DNA of 64,000 nt from Halobacteriovoraceae bacterium (GCA_020635135.1 JACKAJ010000018.1:2567-66566); one strand, 5' to 3'; positions 28,432 through 37,926 are shown, numbered from the stretch's first letter. The notes: generated by a model not told the origin, from the letters alone. Program-made: numbers and translations.

Positions 28432-30294
28432 TTAGGATTTCTTAGCCACTTTGTACAAATAAATAGAAATCCCCACAAAAGCGAACACCGATAAGATTTC
28501 TCGAAGTCCCAAATCAAGTGATTCTGCGTAACCAATGTTCCAGTTGAGCGAGAGGAACAAGGCTATCACAACTCCCATCAGGGCTTCTCCAGCAATAAAT
28601 CCGGAACTAATAAGAATTCCCTTATCTTCACTTTCGTTAAGATTTTTTTCTTTTCGCTTCTTTTCAAGATTATAGCGAATAAGACCTCCCACTAACATTG
28701 GAACTGCCAATGTAATTGGAAGATATATTCCTACCGCGAGAGGCATAAGATGCAAACGAAACCCTCCTCTCTTTTTCAAAACTAAATTATCAAAGAGAAG
28801 AATAAAAATTCCAAAAATCCCACCAGCAATAACCATATTATATGGCAACTCTCCATTGCCAAATAAAGCTTTTGTAATAGATGCAAATAATGTTGCTTGC
28901 GGAGCTTTTAATCCGGTTCCAATTCCATACCCTTCGTGCAGAAGCGTAAGAGTTGGAGCGATGACGACTGCGGGAATCACAATCCCAATCATCTGAGCGA
29001 TTTGCTGAGAACGAGGCGTCGCTTGAAGTAAGCTTCCCGTTTTTAAATCTTGAGAACAATCGCCAGCAGTACAAGCAGCACAACAAACAACCGCCGCAAC
29101 CCCCAGAGTTGCCAAAATAGCAGATTCGCCTTCATAACCAAAGATGAGAAACAGAATAGCTGAAGCGAGAAGAGCAGAAATAGTCATACCAGAGACTGGA
29201 TTGTTTGAACTTCCTACGAGACCAACGACATAGCTAGAAACAGCTACAAATATAAAAGAAGCAACAATCATGATAATTGTCGTGAACAATGACATCCCAA
29301 AGGAATGAACGAGTCCATTATAAAGAAAAAGCATGATCGCAAAACAAACGAGAAAAACTATTCCCATCGTTTTCACACTAAGGTCTTTTTGAGAATCAAC
29401 TGATTCGTTTTCGCTGGCACCTTTTGTGTATTTTTCCATTAACCCTGACATTCCGGCCATAACTCCTTTTCGAACAGAAAAAATCGACCAGAGTCCACCA
29501 ACAATCATGGATCCAACACCGAGATAACGCACTTGTTTTGACCATAACGTCCATGCCAAATCGAGGTTCGATAAATCAGAGTAGATATCAGGAGTCCCGA
29601 GCATTGGAATAGTGATAATCCATCCGAGAGCCCCACCCAAGAAAACCAGGATAGCAACATCAATATTGACGATATAACCAACAGCGAGCAATGCTGGAGA
29701 AACATCTCCACCAAAAAAGACAACCGAACCACCGACTTTTTTCGCTATTTCAACACTTCCAATAAATAATTTAAAACCACTAGAGAGCAATTTAAAAATC
29801 CCACCCCAGGCAAGACCTTTAACAATTGTAAAAAATCCACCTGCTGATTCACTAGTCCCAGCTTTTAACACTGTGGCACACGCTACGCCTTCTGGATAAA
29901 TTAGTTCTTCTTCATCTTCAATCAATGCTTTTCGAAGTGGAATCATAAAAAGAACCCCAAGTAATCCCCCTGAAATAGCAATCAATGTCGTGGGCCAAAA
30001 TTTAAAATCATTCCAAGCACCAACGATAACAAGTGCTGGGAGTGTAAAAATTATTCCTGCAGCAAGAGACTCACCTGCACTGGCCATTGTTTGCACAATA
30101 TTACTTTGCAAGAGTGCTTTCTTTTTAAGCATCCCAAACACACCCAGTGAAATAACTGCAGCTGGTATCGAGGCTGACACTGTCATTCCGGCATAAAGCC
30201 CTAGGTAGACATTAGCCATTGTCATTACAATTCCAATGACAATACCTAGTCCAATTGAGAGTGGGGTTAATTCTGATTCTTTTTTCATTAACAT
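28432..30294 (-). CDS. OPT-family oligopeptide transporter
   Basis: About 620 aa with about 15 hydrophobic helices and typical OPT motifs (PYPEG-like IYPEGVACA, NPVSGMTISA). I chose the ATG at 30294 (GAGGAG 6 nt upstream) over the TTG at 30327. Confidence 0.85.
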   Translation of the reverse strand: MLMKKESELTPLSIGLGIVIGIVMTMANVYLGLYAGMTVSASIPAAVISLGVFGMLKKKALLQSNIVQTMASAGESLAAGIIFTLPALVIVGAWNDFKFWPTTLIAISGGLLGVLFMIPLRKALIEDEEELIYPEGVACATVLKAGTSESAGGFFTIVKGLAWGGIFKLLSSGFKLFIGSVEIAKKVGGSVVFFGGDVSPALLAVGYIVNIDVAILVFLGGALGWIITIPMLGTPDIYSDLSNLDLAWTLWSKQVRYLGVGSMIVGGLWSIFSVRKGVMAGMSGLMEKYTKGASENESVDSQKDLSVKTMGIVFLVCFAIMLFLYNGLVHSFGMSLFTTIIMIVASFIFVAVSSYVVGLVGSSNNPVSGMTISALLASAILFLIFGYEGESAILATLGVAAVVCCAACTAGDCSQDLKTGSLLQATPRSQQIAQMIGIVIPAVVIAPTLTLLHEGYGIGTGLKAPQATLFASITKALFGNGELPYNMVIAGGIFGIFILLFDNLVLKKRGGFRLHLMPLAVGIYLPITLAVPMLVGGLIRYNLEKKRKEKNLNESEDKGILISSGFIAGEALMGVVIALFLSLNWNIGYAESLDLGLREILSVFAFVGISIYLYKVAKKS

Positions 30295-30373
30295 GAGAAA
30301 CTCCTCTTCGAGCATACCTGCTGCCAAGAATGTCTTTTAATCTATGTAATTGTTAGCATTTCAAAAGTTATAT

Positions 30374-30404
30374 GAAAAGAGAAAGTCCCTTACTGGTAAG
30401 GGAC
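30374..30404 (-). terminator. Rho-independent terminator after the response-regulator gene
   Basis: On the minus strand, GTCCCTTA-CCAG-TAAGGGAC (8-bp stem) is followed by TTTCTCTTTTC. Confidence 0.6.
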
Positions 30405-30438
30405 GAGATCTATTTGACAAGGCGAGTAATTTTAAATT

Positions 30439-30951
30439 TTAGGCTGCGTAATCGGCCTGTTTGATATTGGTTGCAGCATCTATCATCTCGAGAAACTTAT
30501 CTTGAAATTCACTTCCTTCGAATAGTTTTTCAACGAAACAAGAATTTTCAGGGCATTCAAGATAGTAATCAACTTGTCTCGAAGGATTACTAGAAAAGAA
30601 CATTATGGGGATATTCGCTCGTATTAAGGTTCTGATCGATCGACCGAAATCTAGCCCATCAAAGTTTTTTAATTCAACGTCAATAATAATGAGATTGAAA
30701 TTTTCTTCTTTTAATAGCTTTAAAGCCGAATATTCACTGACACAAACAAAGGTGGAGCAATTTTTTACTCCTTTAATTCTATCCTCAATCAATTTTCCCT
30801 TTTTTAATTCATCATCAAGGATAAGAACTTTAAAATGTTCACTGTCCGATAGAAATTCATTTTGGACTTCGGCATTCATTGCAACTTTTTGAAATTCATC
30901 AAGAAGACGATTTTTTTTGTAGCTTAATTCTCTTTGTTTTCTGATTGTCAT
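30439..30951 (-). CDS. Orphan response-regulator receiver protein with ~40-aa N-terminal extension
   Basis: VLILDDE, IIIDVELKNFDGLDF (phospho-acceptor D) and IPIMFFSS fit a REC domain. No DNA-binding output is recognisable. Confidence 0.7.
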   Translation of the reverse strand: MTIRKQRELSYKKNRLLDEFQKVAMNAEVQNEFLSDSEHFKVLILDDELKKGKLIEDRIKGVKNCSTFVCVSEYSALKLLKEENFNLIIIDVELKNFDGLDFGRSIRTLIRANIPIMFFSSNPSRQVDYYLECPENSCFVEKLFEGSEFQDKFLEMIDAATNIKQADYAA

Positions 30952-31299
30952 AAATATTCCCCGCTTAAAATTCCTCTTTAGAGAGGTAACTCATGCACTA
31001 TATCCACGCATAAGTTCTCAAAAAAATCATAGCAGTAAAACATTTTGACACTTGCAAGACTTGTATTTTTTCTCTTTATTTTTCTGAAAATTCAAAGAGT
31101 TAACGACAATATCCCCGAAAACGATGCTTTGTACTTGCTTTCTCACCCCAGGAGTTCTCTCGACAACAAATGCAGGCAAATATTCCAGAATCCATCATAA
31201 AATGAAGCTCTTTGAGAGACCTAATTTCAGTGACTTGGATCACTCAGATCGAGACTACTGAAATTACACCAACACAAAGCAAAATTACAGCCGCTTCTT

Positions 31300-31434
31300 A
31301 TCTTTTATATTATGAGGAATATAAACGACACGAGGTGAAGCAAGTGAAAGTCTTGCGCTGTCCCGCAACGGTATTGGAACTACTCTCCTGAGCCCGATCC
31401 CTCTCGCAAAATGCTACTTTCCCGAGGAGGAAAA
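31300..31434 (+). promoter_or_regulatory. Cobalamin-type riboswitch (short variant) with SD-sequestering helix
   Basis: GGTGAA-[GCAAG TGAAAGT CTTGC]-GCTGTCCCGCAACGGTA resembles the cobalamin core GGUG.AA..CC...GC.G.CCCGC.ACUGUA. A downstream B12-box-like GAGCCCGATCCCTCTCG follows. TCCCTCTCG (31398-31406) can pair with the SD region CGAGGAGGA (31423-31431). It sits in front of a btuB-like gene. Confidence 0.55.
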
Positions 31435-33210
31435 ATGCTCAATCAAGCAATTGCACTATTGGTTTTCTATCCTGCTCTATTGTTTTCACAAGATTATATC
31501 GTGACAGCTAAAAAGATTGTCACTCCTCTCGACAGCACTCTTTCCAATACTGACCTTTATAATAACTCCATCGACCAAGATGGCCCTTTGAATAGCCTTC
31601 AAAATACTTACAGTGCTGAGAATAGTTTTTACTCGACTCAAAATGGGGCCTTCGGATCCAGTGGTAATTTCTATCTGAGAGGTCTTGATAGCAGTTTTAC
31701 CAAAATACTCATAAACGATATTGAACTCAAAGATCCTTCAACGCCCTTTCAAAATTTCCCAGGGCAACTTTTCCCGACCGGGCTTTATTCTCATTCTGAG
31801 CTTATACGAGGGACACAAAGTACACTTTATGGGACAGAATCTGTTTCCGGAATTCTCAAGCTTCACTCACACAACCAAAAAAACGAAAATCTTATCATGT
31901 TTGGAGGCGGTAGTTTTTCAACATGGATTAACACAATCAATATTCATCGTTATCAAAAAAATAACTATAATCTCTCACTAGACACTTCTTATCTAAAGTC
32001 AGAAGGAATCTCCTCTTACAATAATGGGTCTGAAAATGACCCCTTTGAGCAAGCAGCTTTCAATTTTTATTTAACAAAATTTTTCACACATTCTGATCTC
32101 TCTTTTGGAGCTCTCTACCTCGATTCAAAACAAGAGATTGACTCTTTTGGATCTGACCTCGTCGATAATGATCAGAGTACAACTCGAAACAAAGGAATTT
32201 CTCTCGCTTATAGTTATTATTTTGATCATTTTGATCTTAAGTTTTCTCAGTTCTATCTTAAAAACCAACGTAAAGACAGTGAACCCTCTCCTGGTTACTA
32301 TGACTCCCACACACTTAAATCTGACTTACAAATACAAGCCTATCAAAATTCATATATCACCCATCTCTTTGGGATTGATTACGAGAACAATTACGCTAAC
32401 ACCTCTAATGGTTTTGATAACTTAAGTGATAAAAAGAACGAAAATTCCTCAATATACTATAACAACCAAATAAAGCTCACTCCTTACCTTTTAGAACTTG
32501 GATTGCGAGAAGAACAAAATCAATCATTCAATAATTTCACAAGCTATCATTTGGGGCTAGGATACAATCTCTCACAAAACACCTTATTAAGTGCGAACTA
32601 CTCCCGGGGATTCAAGTCCCCCACTCTCTATGAACTATATTCCCCTAGCTATGGAAATTCTGAGCTACAACCGACTGAAGCTTTTACATACGATATAAAT
32701 CTGAAGCAGAAATTTGAAAATTGGGAATTCAAAATTTCTTATTTTAATACAGCTCTTAAAAATCGGATTGAATTTAACCAAATATCTAATACAGACTTCC
32801 AATATCTTAATACTGGAAGAACGAAGATATATGGATGGGAACCTCAGATCACCTATCAAAAAGGACTTTGGAAATACCAATCTTCTTATACCGAAACCTC
32901 AGGCGAAAATACCGAGACTGGTGAGCAACTTCTCAAAGTTCCTTCTAAACTTTGGAAGAACCTCATTGAATTTAGCCCAAGAGAAAATTCATTTGTAAGC
33001 TTAATCTCTCGCTATGTGGGAAGCCGCTACGACTATGGAATGGTTCACATGCCTTCATATCACATATTGGATAGCCGCTATAGCTATAAGAATGGTCGTT
33101 ATCGATATAATTTAAACTTTGAAAATCTCTTAAATAAAAAATACCAAGATTCTGCAAGTTATGGCACAAAGGGATTGGGGCTGTATGGAACTATCGAAAT
33201 TTCCATTTAA
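31435..33210 (+). CDS. btuB: TonB-dependent outer-membrane receptor, BtuB-like
   Basis: The ATG at 31435 follows GAGGAGG. Signal peptide, then a TonB-box-like DYIVTA (compare BtuB DTLVVTA). Plug motifs (RGLDSSFTKILINDIEL) and a ~590-aa barrel size typical of BtuB. Confidence 0.8.
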   Translation: MLNQAIALLVFYPALLFSQDYIVTAKKIVTPLDSTLSNTDLYNNSIDQDGPLNSLQNTYSAENSFYSTQNGAFGSSGNFYLRGLDSSFTKILINDIELKDPSTPFQNFPGQLFPTGLYSHSELIRGTQSTLYGTESVSGILKLHSHNQKNENLIMFGGGSFSTWINTINIHRYQKNNYNLSLDTSYLKSEGISSYNNGSENDPFEQAAFNFYLTKFFTHSDLSFGALYLDSKQEIDSFGSDLVDNDQSTTRNKGISLAYSYYFDHFDLKFSQFYLKNQRKDSEPSPGYYDSHTLKSDLQIQAYQNSYITHLFGIDYENNYANTSNGFDNLSDKKNENSSIYYNNQIKLTPYLLELGLREEQNQSFNNFTSYHLGLGYNLSQNTLLSANYSRGFKSPTLYELYSPSYGNSELQPTEAFTYDINLKQKFENWEFKISYFNTALKNRIEFNQISNTDFQYLNTGRTKIYGWEPQITYQKGLWKYQSSYTETSGENTETGEQLLKVPSKLWKNLIEFSPRENSFVSLISRYVGSRYDYGMVHMPSYHILDSRYSYKNGRYRYNLNFENLLNKKYQDSASYGTKGLGLYGTIEISI

Positions 33211-33697
33211 ACTGCTAGCGAGTTTTACTTGCATAATTATTCTGCATGGTTTTATCTTTATTCGGATGAAGCAGTCACCGATTACCTTGGACAAAAAAAT
33301 TTATAAAAAAGGGGTTAGTGTTATCTTATTAAACTCAAATCCGCAACATTCGGAAAAATCACTTCGCCCACAAAAGCAATCTTTCAATTCAGCGCAATCC
33401 TCTTCTCCCATTTCAGGTATCACACAAAATGCAAGTCCTCTGAATCAAATTATTCCTCAATACCCTAATCTTTCTGTGAGAAGAGAAGAAGAAGGGATTG
33501 TTACTGTACTTGTCACAATTACTTCTCAAGGAAAGGTGGAAAAAGTTCAAGTAACCCAATCGAGTGGTTTTGAAAATCTTGATCGTGCGGCGATTGAAGC
33601 TGTTACTCGTGCAACTTTCAAACCAGCTTCGCAAAACAATATCCCTGTCGCAAGCTTAACAGAGCTTAGTTTCCAATTTAAGATTGAAGATCGTTAA
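33185..33697 (+). CDS. tonB: TonB-family energy transducer
   Basis: N-terminal anchor FKLLASFTCIIILHGFIFI. The C-terminal TonB domain reads P.YPNLSVRREEEGIVTVLVTITSQGKVEKVQVTQSSGFENLDRAAIEAVTRATFKPA. The start overlaps the end of btuB. Confidence 0.7.
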   Translation: MELSKFPFKLLASFTCIIILHGFIFIRMKQSPITLDKKIYKKGVSVILLNSNPQHSEKSLRPQKQSFNSAQSSSPISGITQNASPLNQIIPQYPNLSVRREEEGIVTVLVTITSQGKVEKVQVTQSSGFENLDRAAIEAVTRATFKPASQNNIPVASLTELSFQFKIEDR

Positions 33698-35100
33698 GTT
33701 TTGAGTTCTGGATGAGTAATTTGATTCCGGAGAAGATCTTGAAGAGTTTCTCTTTTTCGAATGAGATAATAACTTCCTCTTTTTTTCATAATTTCTGCAG
33801 GTAAGAAAAAACTATTGTACTCACTACTCATTGAAAAACCATAAGCACCTACATCCAAGAAAGCGAGATAACTCCCAACTTTAGGAAGAGGAAGATATCG
33901 TTGCTGGGCAAGGATGTCACCTGTTTCACAAATATTCCCTGCCACTTCATACTCTTGCAAATCTTTTGAGAAGTTTATCCTTTCACCAAGTATTCTCACA
34001 CGATGATAAGCTTCATAAAGAAGAGGGCGTGCTAAATGATTAAAACCAGTGTTTACATTTATAAAATTTTTATAGGGGGTTAACTTTACTGAATTCACTC
34101 TCGAAATTAAAATCCCCGATTGAGCGACAAAATAGCGCCCAGGCTCCAGCCACAGTTCGGGTAGGTTTTTAAAATTTTTCAATTTTTCTTTAATCACTGG
34201 GCAAACAGTTTCAGCCAGTTTTTTCGGAGTCAACCCTATTTGGTTGTCATAATAAGGTATCCCAAGTCCTCCGCCTAAATTAAGAAATTTTAATTCTAAT
34301 CCAAGCTTTTCTTTAAGCTTTAAAGCAACAGAGGTAACAATTTCAACATTCTCTAAGAACGGCTCCACTTCTAGAATTTGTGAGCCAATATGGCTGTGGA
34401 CTCCCTCTGGAAGAATATAAGAGTTTTCCTTGGCCATTTTGTAAGCTTTCAGAAGTTCTTCTTCACTTTGAAGTATTCCAAATTTTGTAAACTTATGCCC
34501 TGTTGATATATTTTTATGGGTATGCGGATTAATATCGGGATTAATTCGAAAGGACACTCGAACTTGCTTGCGAAGTTTTTTACAAACCTCAATTAAATTT
34601 TCAAGATCTGGGATAGAATCTAAATTAATGAGAACACCCTTTTTCACAGCAAATTCTAGTTCACTGAGGCTTTTGCTATTGGATGTAAACATCATTTCTT
34701 CTGCTTTATAGCCAACCTCGAAGCCCATTTCCATTTCTCCCGTGGAAATGCACTCTCCTGCCGCTCCTTGTTTTCTAAGCATACTCAATACATTGAGATT
34801 GGTATTGGCCTTAAAAGCGTAGTGAATATTAACTTTGGGATAATTATCTTGGAAGGCCTTTCGAAATTCTTGAAATTTTTTTATGATAAGATCACCGTCA
34901 TAAACATAGAGAGGAGCGCCGTGTTTTTCGGCCAGTTCGATAAGCTCTTGCTGGGTAAAACTTCCAGTCGAATCAAAGTACTCTTTACTGTTAGATGGTA
35001 CAAAAGAAGAGGATGTGCCCGCCAAAGCCTTTGGTCTTTGGACCAAAGCTAAACTCACTCCCCCCGCTAAACTTATTTTAAAAAAATCTCGTCTATCCAT
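33694..35100 (-). CDS. lysA: Diaminopimelate decarboxylase family (Orn/DAP/Arg decarboxylase fold III) enzyme with N-terminal twin-arginine signal peptide
   Basis: PLP-Lys motif YAFKAN, plus HIGSQ, GGGLGIPY, EPGRYF, CETGD and GAYGFSMSSEYN. The N-terminus is MDRRDFFKISLAGGVSLALVQRPKALA|G. The ATG overlaps the upstream stop (TAATG). Confidence 0.85.
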   Translation of the reverse strand: MDRRDFFKISLAGGVSLALVQRPKALAGTSSSFVPSNSKEYFDSTGSFTQQELIELAEKHGAPLYVYDGDLIIKKFQEFRKAFQDNYPKVNIHYAFKANTNLNVLSMLRKQGAAGECISTGEMEMGFEVGYKAEEMMFTSNSKSLSELEFAVKKGVLINLDSIPDLENLIEVCKKLRKQVRVSFRINPDINPHTHKNISTGHKFTKFGILQSEEELLKAYKMAKENSYILPEGVHSHIGSQILEVEPFLENVEIVTSVALKLKEKLGLELKFLNLGGGLGIPYYDNQIGLTPKKLAETVCPVIKEKLKNFKNLPELWLEPGRYFVAQSGILISRVNSVKLTPYKNFINVNTGFNHLARPLLYEAYHRVRILGERINFSKDLQEYEVAGNICETGDILAQQRYLPLPKVGSYLAFLDVGAYGFSMSSEYNSFFLPAEIMKKRGSYYLIRKRETLQDLLRNQITHPELKT

Positions 35101-35726
35101 TACTTTTGAATTTGAGCCTTCATCAATCGCTCCATCTGGAAGCGATGATCACAATGAATCCAATCGTTACCGGCACCTCTACCAACAGGTTTAAAGACGT
35201 CTGTTAAGATGCGTCCAGAATCGAGAAGTTTTTCGTCAACGTGGATTTTAACAACTTCCCCAGTGATAAATCTTCCGGTTCCAGGAATATCGCCGTAACT
35301 TAATATATCTCTTAAGCGACATTCAAAATGAATCGGTGATTCTTTCAAGCGCTTTGCTTTCACCACTTCACTATCGAGAGTTGTGAGTCCTGAAAAAACA
35401 AATTCATCCTCTCCATATGGTAATTCAGTGGAAGCGAGATTGATTTTCTCAGCATTCGCCTCAGTCACAAAGTTTATGACAAATTCTTTTTCTCTTTCAA
35501 TATTGACGACAGTGTCTTTTTTCTCGCCAGTGCTCGTTCTAATGAGAGGAGAAAATCCTACAATCATTGGTTTAGCACTTACACCCGTAAAAAAAGAAAA
35601 AGGGGCAAGGTTATTGCTGCCATCGGTATTAACGGTAGAGACCACTGCTATTGGTCTTGGGAGAATCGATCCGATGAGAAATTTATAGTTGTCTTTAAAT
35701 TCACCATCAGTATTAAAACTTTTCAT
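35100..35726 (-). CDS. Flavin reductase-like FMN-binding domain protein
   Basis: 208 aa. PRPIAVVSTVNTDGSNNLAPFSFF is the typical flavin-reductase (DIM6/NTAB) N-terminal motif. Confidence 0.75.
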   Translation of the reverse strand: MKSFNTDGEFKDNYKFLIGSILPRPIAVVSTVNTDGSNNLAPFSFFTGVSAKPMIVGFSPLIRTSTGEKKDTVVNIEREKEFVINFVTEANAEKINLASTELPYGEDEFVFSGLTTLDSEVVKAKRLKESPIHFECRLRDILSYGDIPGTGRFITGEVVKIHVDEKLLDSGRILTDVFKPVGRGAGNDWIHCDHRFQMERLMKAQIQK

Positions 35727-35758
35727 ATATAAACCTTTTGTAATCTTCTAAGTATATC

Positions 35759-36772
35759 TCACGCTAATTTTTCAGGGATCCCTACAATATTTTTCAAGGT
35801 CCCGATCTTATCAACTGTTAACTCTAAGAGGTCACCTGGTTGAATCCATTTATCTAACTCGAGACCGCACCCTGTTCCCACTGTTCCACTGCCCAACAGA
35901 TCAGTTGGGAAGACCCATTCATCTTGACTTAAAAATGAGATCATCTCACCCCAGCTGTAATGAGCATCACCCGAATTTCCTTTGGACCACAGATTTCCAT
36001 TCACCGAGGCAGTCATTTGAAGCTTCGGATCTTGAAATTCAAATTCGTCAGCCGTCACGATGACAGGTCCAATCACAGAGCAAAAATCTTTGCCCTTCGA
36101 TGGTCCCAAGCGAACAGACATTTCTTTTTTCTGGATATCTCTGGCCGAAACATCATTGAGAATTGTAAAGCCAAAGATATATTCATTCGCTTTTTCTTTA
36201 TCAATATTTCGTCCTTGTTTTCCAATTACCGCTGCGAGTTCAAGTTCATAATCTAATTTTTCAGTATAATGCGGCCAAAGTATCGTTTCATCGGTTCCAA
36301 TAAAGTTAGACGTTGGTCCTTTGTAATAAACGGGGATTTCATACCAAGCTTCAGGAACCTTTTCTTTTCTTTTTTCAAATCCTTTTTTAACGTGCTTTTC
36401 ATGCACAAAGAAATCGCGATAACAATTGATCGAATCCAATGGAGCTGCCAATGAAACATTTTTGTCGTCATTGAGATCAAATGAAAAATAAGCTTTATCG
36501 GCAGTACTCAAGTAGCCTTTTTTTGTCATCTCTTCAAAAAGTTCTACGGAATCCTTTAAAAAACTAATGGCATTATCGTTTATTTTTAAAAGCTCAGATA
36601 ATTTCGAGGGAGCAAGGCGATTGGCCTTTTCTTTAGCTCCATAATGACCTTGAAATTCATAATAAGCTTGCCACAAAAAATTAATATCAATAATTGTTGA
36701 GTGGTTGAAAAAAACTCCGAGGCGGTTAAATTGCCCAAGTTCGGTTTGTCTTCGATATGTACATATTTTCAT
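35759..36772 (-). CDS. Fumarylacetoacetate hydrolase (FAH) family protein
   Basis: The C-terminal FAH fold block is DYELELAAVIGKQGRNIDKEKANEYIFGFTILNDVSARDIQ. Confidence 0.8.
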   Translation of the reverse strand: MKICTYRRQTELGQFNRLGVFFNHSTIIDINFLWQAYYEFQGHYGAKEKANRLAPSKLSELLKINDNAISFLKDSVELFEEMTKKGYLSTADKAYFSFDLNDDKNVSLAAPLDSINCYRDFFVHEKHVKKGFEKRKEKVPEAWYEIPVYYKGPTSNFIGTDETILWPHYTEKLDYELELAAVIGKQGRNIDKEKANEYIFGFTILNDVSARDIQKKEMSVRLGPSKGKDFCSVIGPVIVTADEFEFQDPKLQMTASVNGNLWSKGNSGDAHYSWGEMISFLSQDEWVFPTDLLGSGTVGTGCGLELDKWIQPGDLLELTVDKIGTLKNIVGIPEKLA

Positions 36773-37911
36773 TTTACTCTCCCAAACAATTTATCATACT
36801 GAGGTAGAATTTCTTCCATGGCCTCAAAGTAATGATCCATTTCTTCTCGAGTCCCGATGGAGACCCGAACATATTCAGGCATTTCATTGCTCTTTAAATG
36901 CCGAATGATCACGCCTCTATCAAGCAAATGTTGAAACATCCACTCGCTAGCCTCATCTGATCCAGTTTTATAAGTTATAAAGTTCGTCACAGAATCAATG
37001 GCCTTGAAATTCTTTTCTTTTAAAAATGTCATCGTCGTTTTATAAAGGCGTTCGTTTTCTTTTAAGGTTCGCTTCAAGTGAGGCTGATCGACCACGGCCC
37101 CTAGGGCGCCGACTTGTGCGAGCGCATTGGGCTCGAAAGGTAACTTCACCTTTTTAAGATTTGAAATAAAATCCTTATGAGCAAAACCGTATCCACAACG
37201 AATTCCCGCGAGCCCATAAGCTTTAGAAAATGTTCTTAGAGTTATCACGTTGTCATAACGATAATCCATCGAATCGGGATAATTAGCAGCTGCCCGGATG
37301 GCAAACTCAAAATACGCTTCATCCAGAATAACAATACAATGTTCAGGAACATGATCCATCATATAATCAAATTCACCCTTGGTTATATAGGTTCCCGTCG
37401 GGTTATTGGGGTTAGCAATATAGATGACTTTGGTTTTTTCAGTAATTCGCTCAGTAATCGCTTCAATATCGTAGCGGTAATCTTTGGTTAAAGGTGCTGT
37501 TACGAGCTTGGCCCCAACACTTCTCGCGAGAATGTAAAAGCCAATAAAGGTATTTTCAGAAGTGAGAACTTCGTCTCCGGGCTGCAAGAAAGCTCGAGCG
37601 ATGTAGGCCATAATCCCTTCACTACCGTTGCCTAAGATTATATTATCCGGTTTAACTTCGTAGAGTTCACAAAGTTTCATTTTCAATTTGTAAGCATGCA
37701 TATCGGGATAGCGATGCAAGTCCCACAGCTTGGACGTCATTTCTTTAATGGCAAAGGGGGAAGGGCCCAGGGGATTTTCATTACTCGCAAGCTTAGAAAT
37801 ATGCTCGAGTTTTTTTTCACGGGCCAACTCTTCAATTGGTTTTCCCGCCTGATAGGTTTTAAGGTTTTTGATATAATCTGGAACTAAGGTTTTCTTAGCT
37901 TTCATCGTCAT
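36769..37911 (-). CDS. hisC: Histidinol-phosphate/aromatic aminotransferase (class II PLP aminotransferase)
   Basis: ASNENPLGPSP, ANPNNPTG and the PLP-Lys block TFSKAYGLAGIRCGY. The stop overlaps the FAH start by 4 nt. Confidence 0.8.
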   Translation of the reverse strand: MTMKAKKTLVPDYIKNLKTYQAGKPIEELAREKKLEHISKLASNENPLGPSPFAIKEMTSKLWDLHRYPDMHAYKLKMKLCELYEVKPDNIILGNGSEGIMAYIARAFLQPGDEVLTSENTFIGFYILARSVGAKLVTAPLTKDYRYDIEAITERITEKTKVIYIANPNNPTGTYITKGEFDYMMDHVPEHCIVILDEAYFEFAIRAAANYPDSMDYRYDNVITLRTFSKAYGLAGIRCGYGFAHKDFISNLKKVKLPFEPNALAQVGALGAVVDQPHLKRTLKENERLYKTTMTFLKEKNFKAIDSVTNFITYKTGSDEASEWMFQHLLDRGVIIRHLKSNEMPEYVRVSIGTREEMDHYFEAMEEILPQYDKLFGRVK

Positions 37912-37926
37912 TCTTCCCGTAAATTA

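Noticed and set aside
28308-28535. 75-aa minus-strand ORF bridging the OPT and recD2 genes
   Set aside because: It is out of frame with both well-supported genes and overlaps their ends. It has no independent signals.
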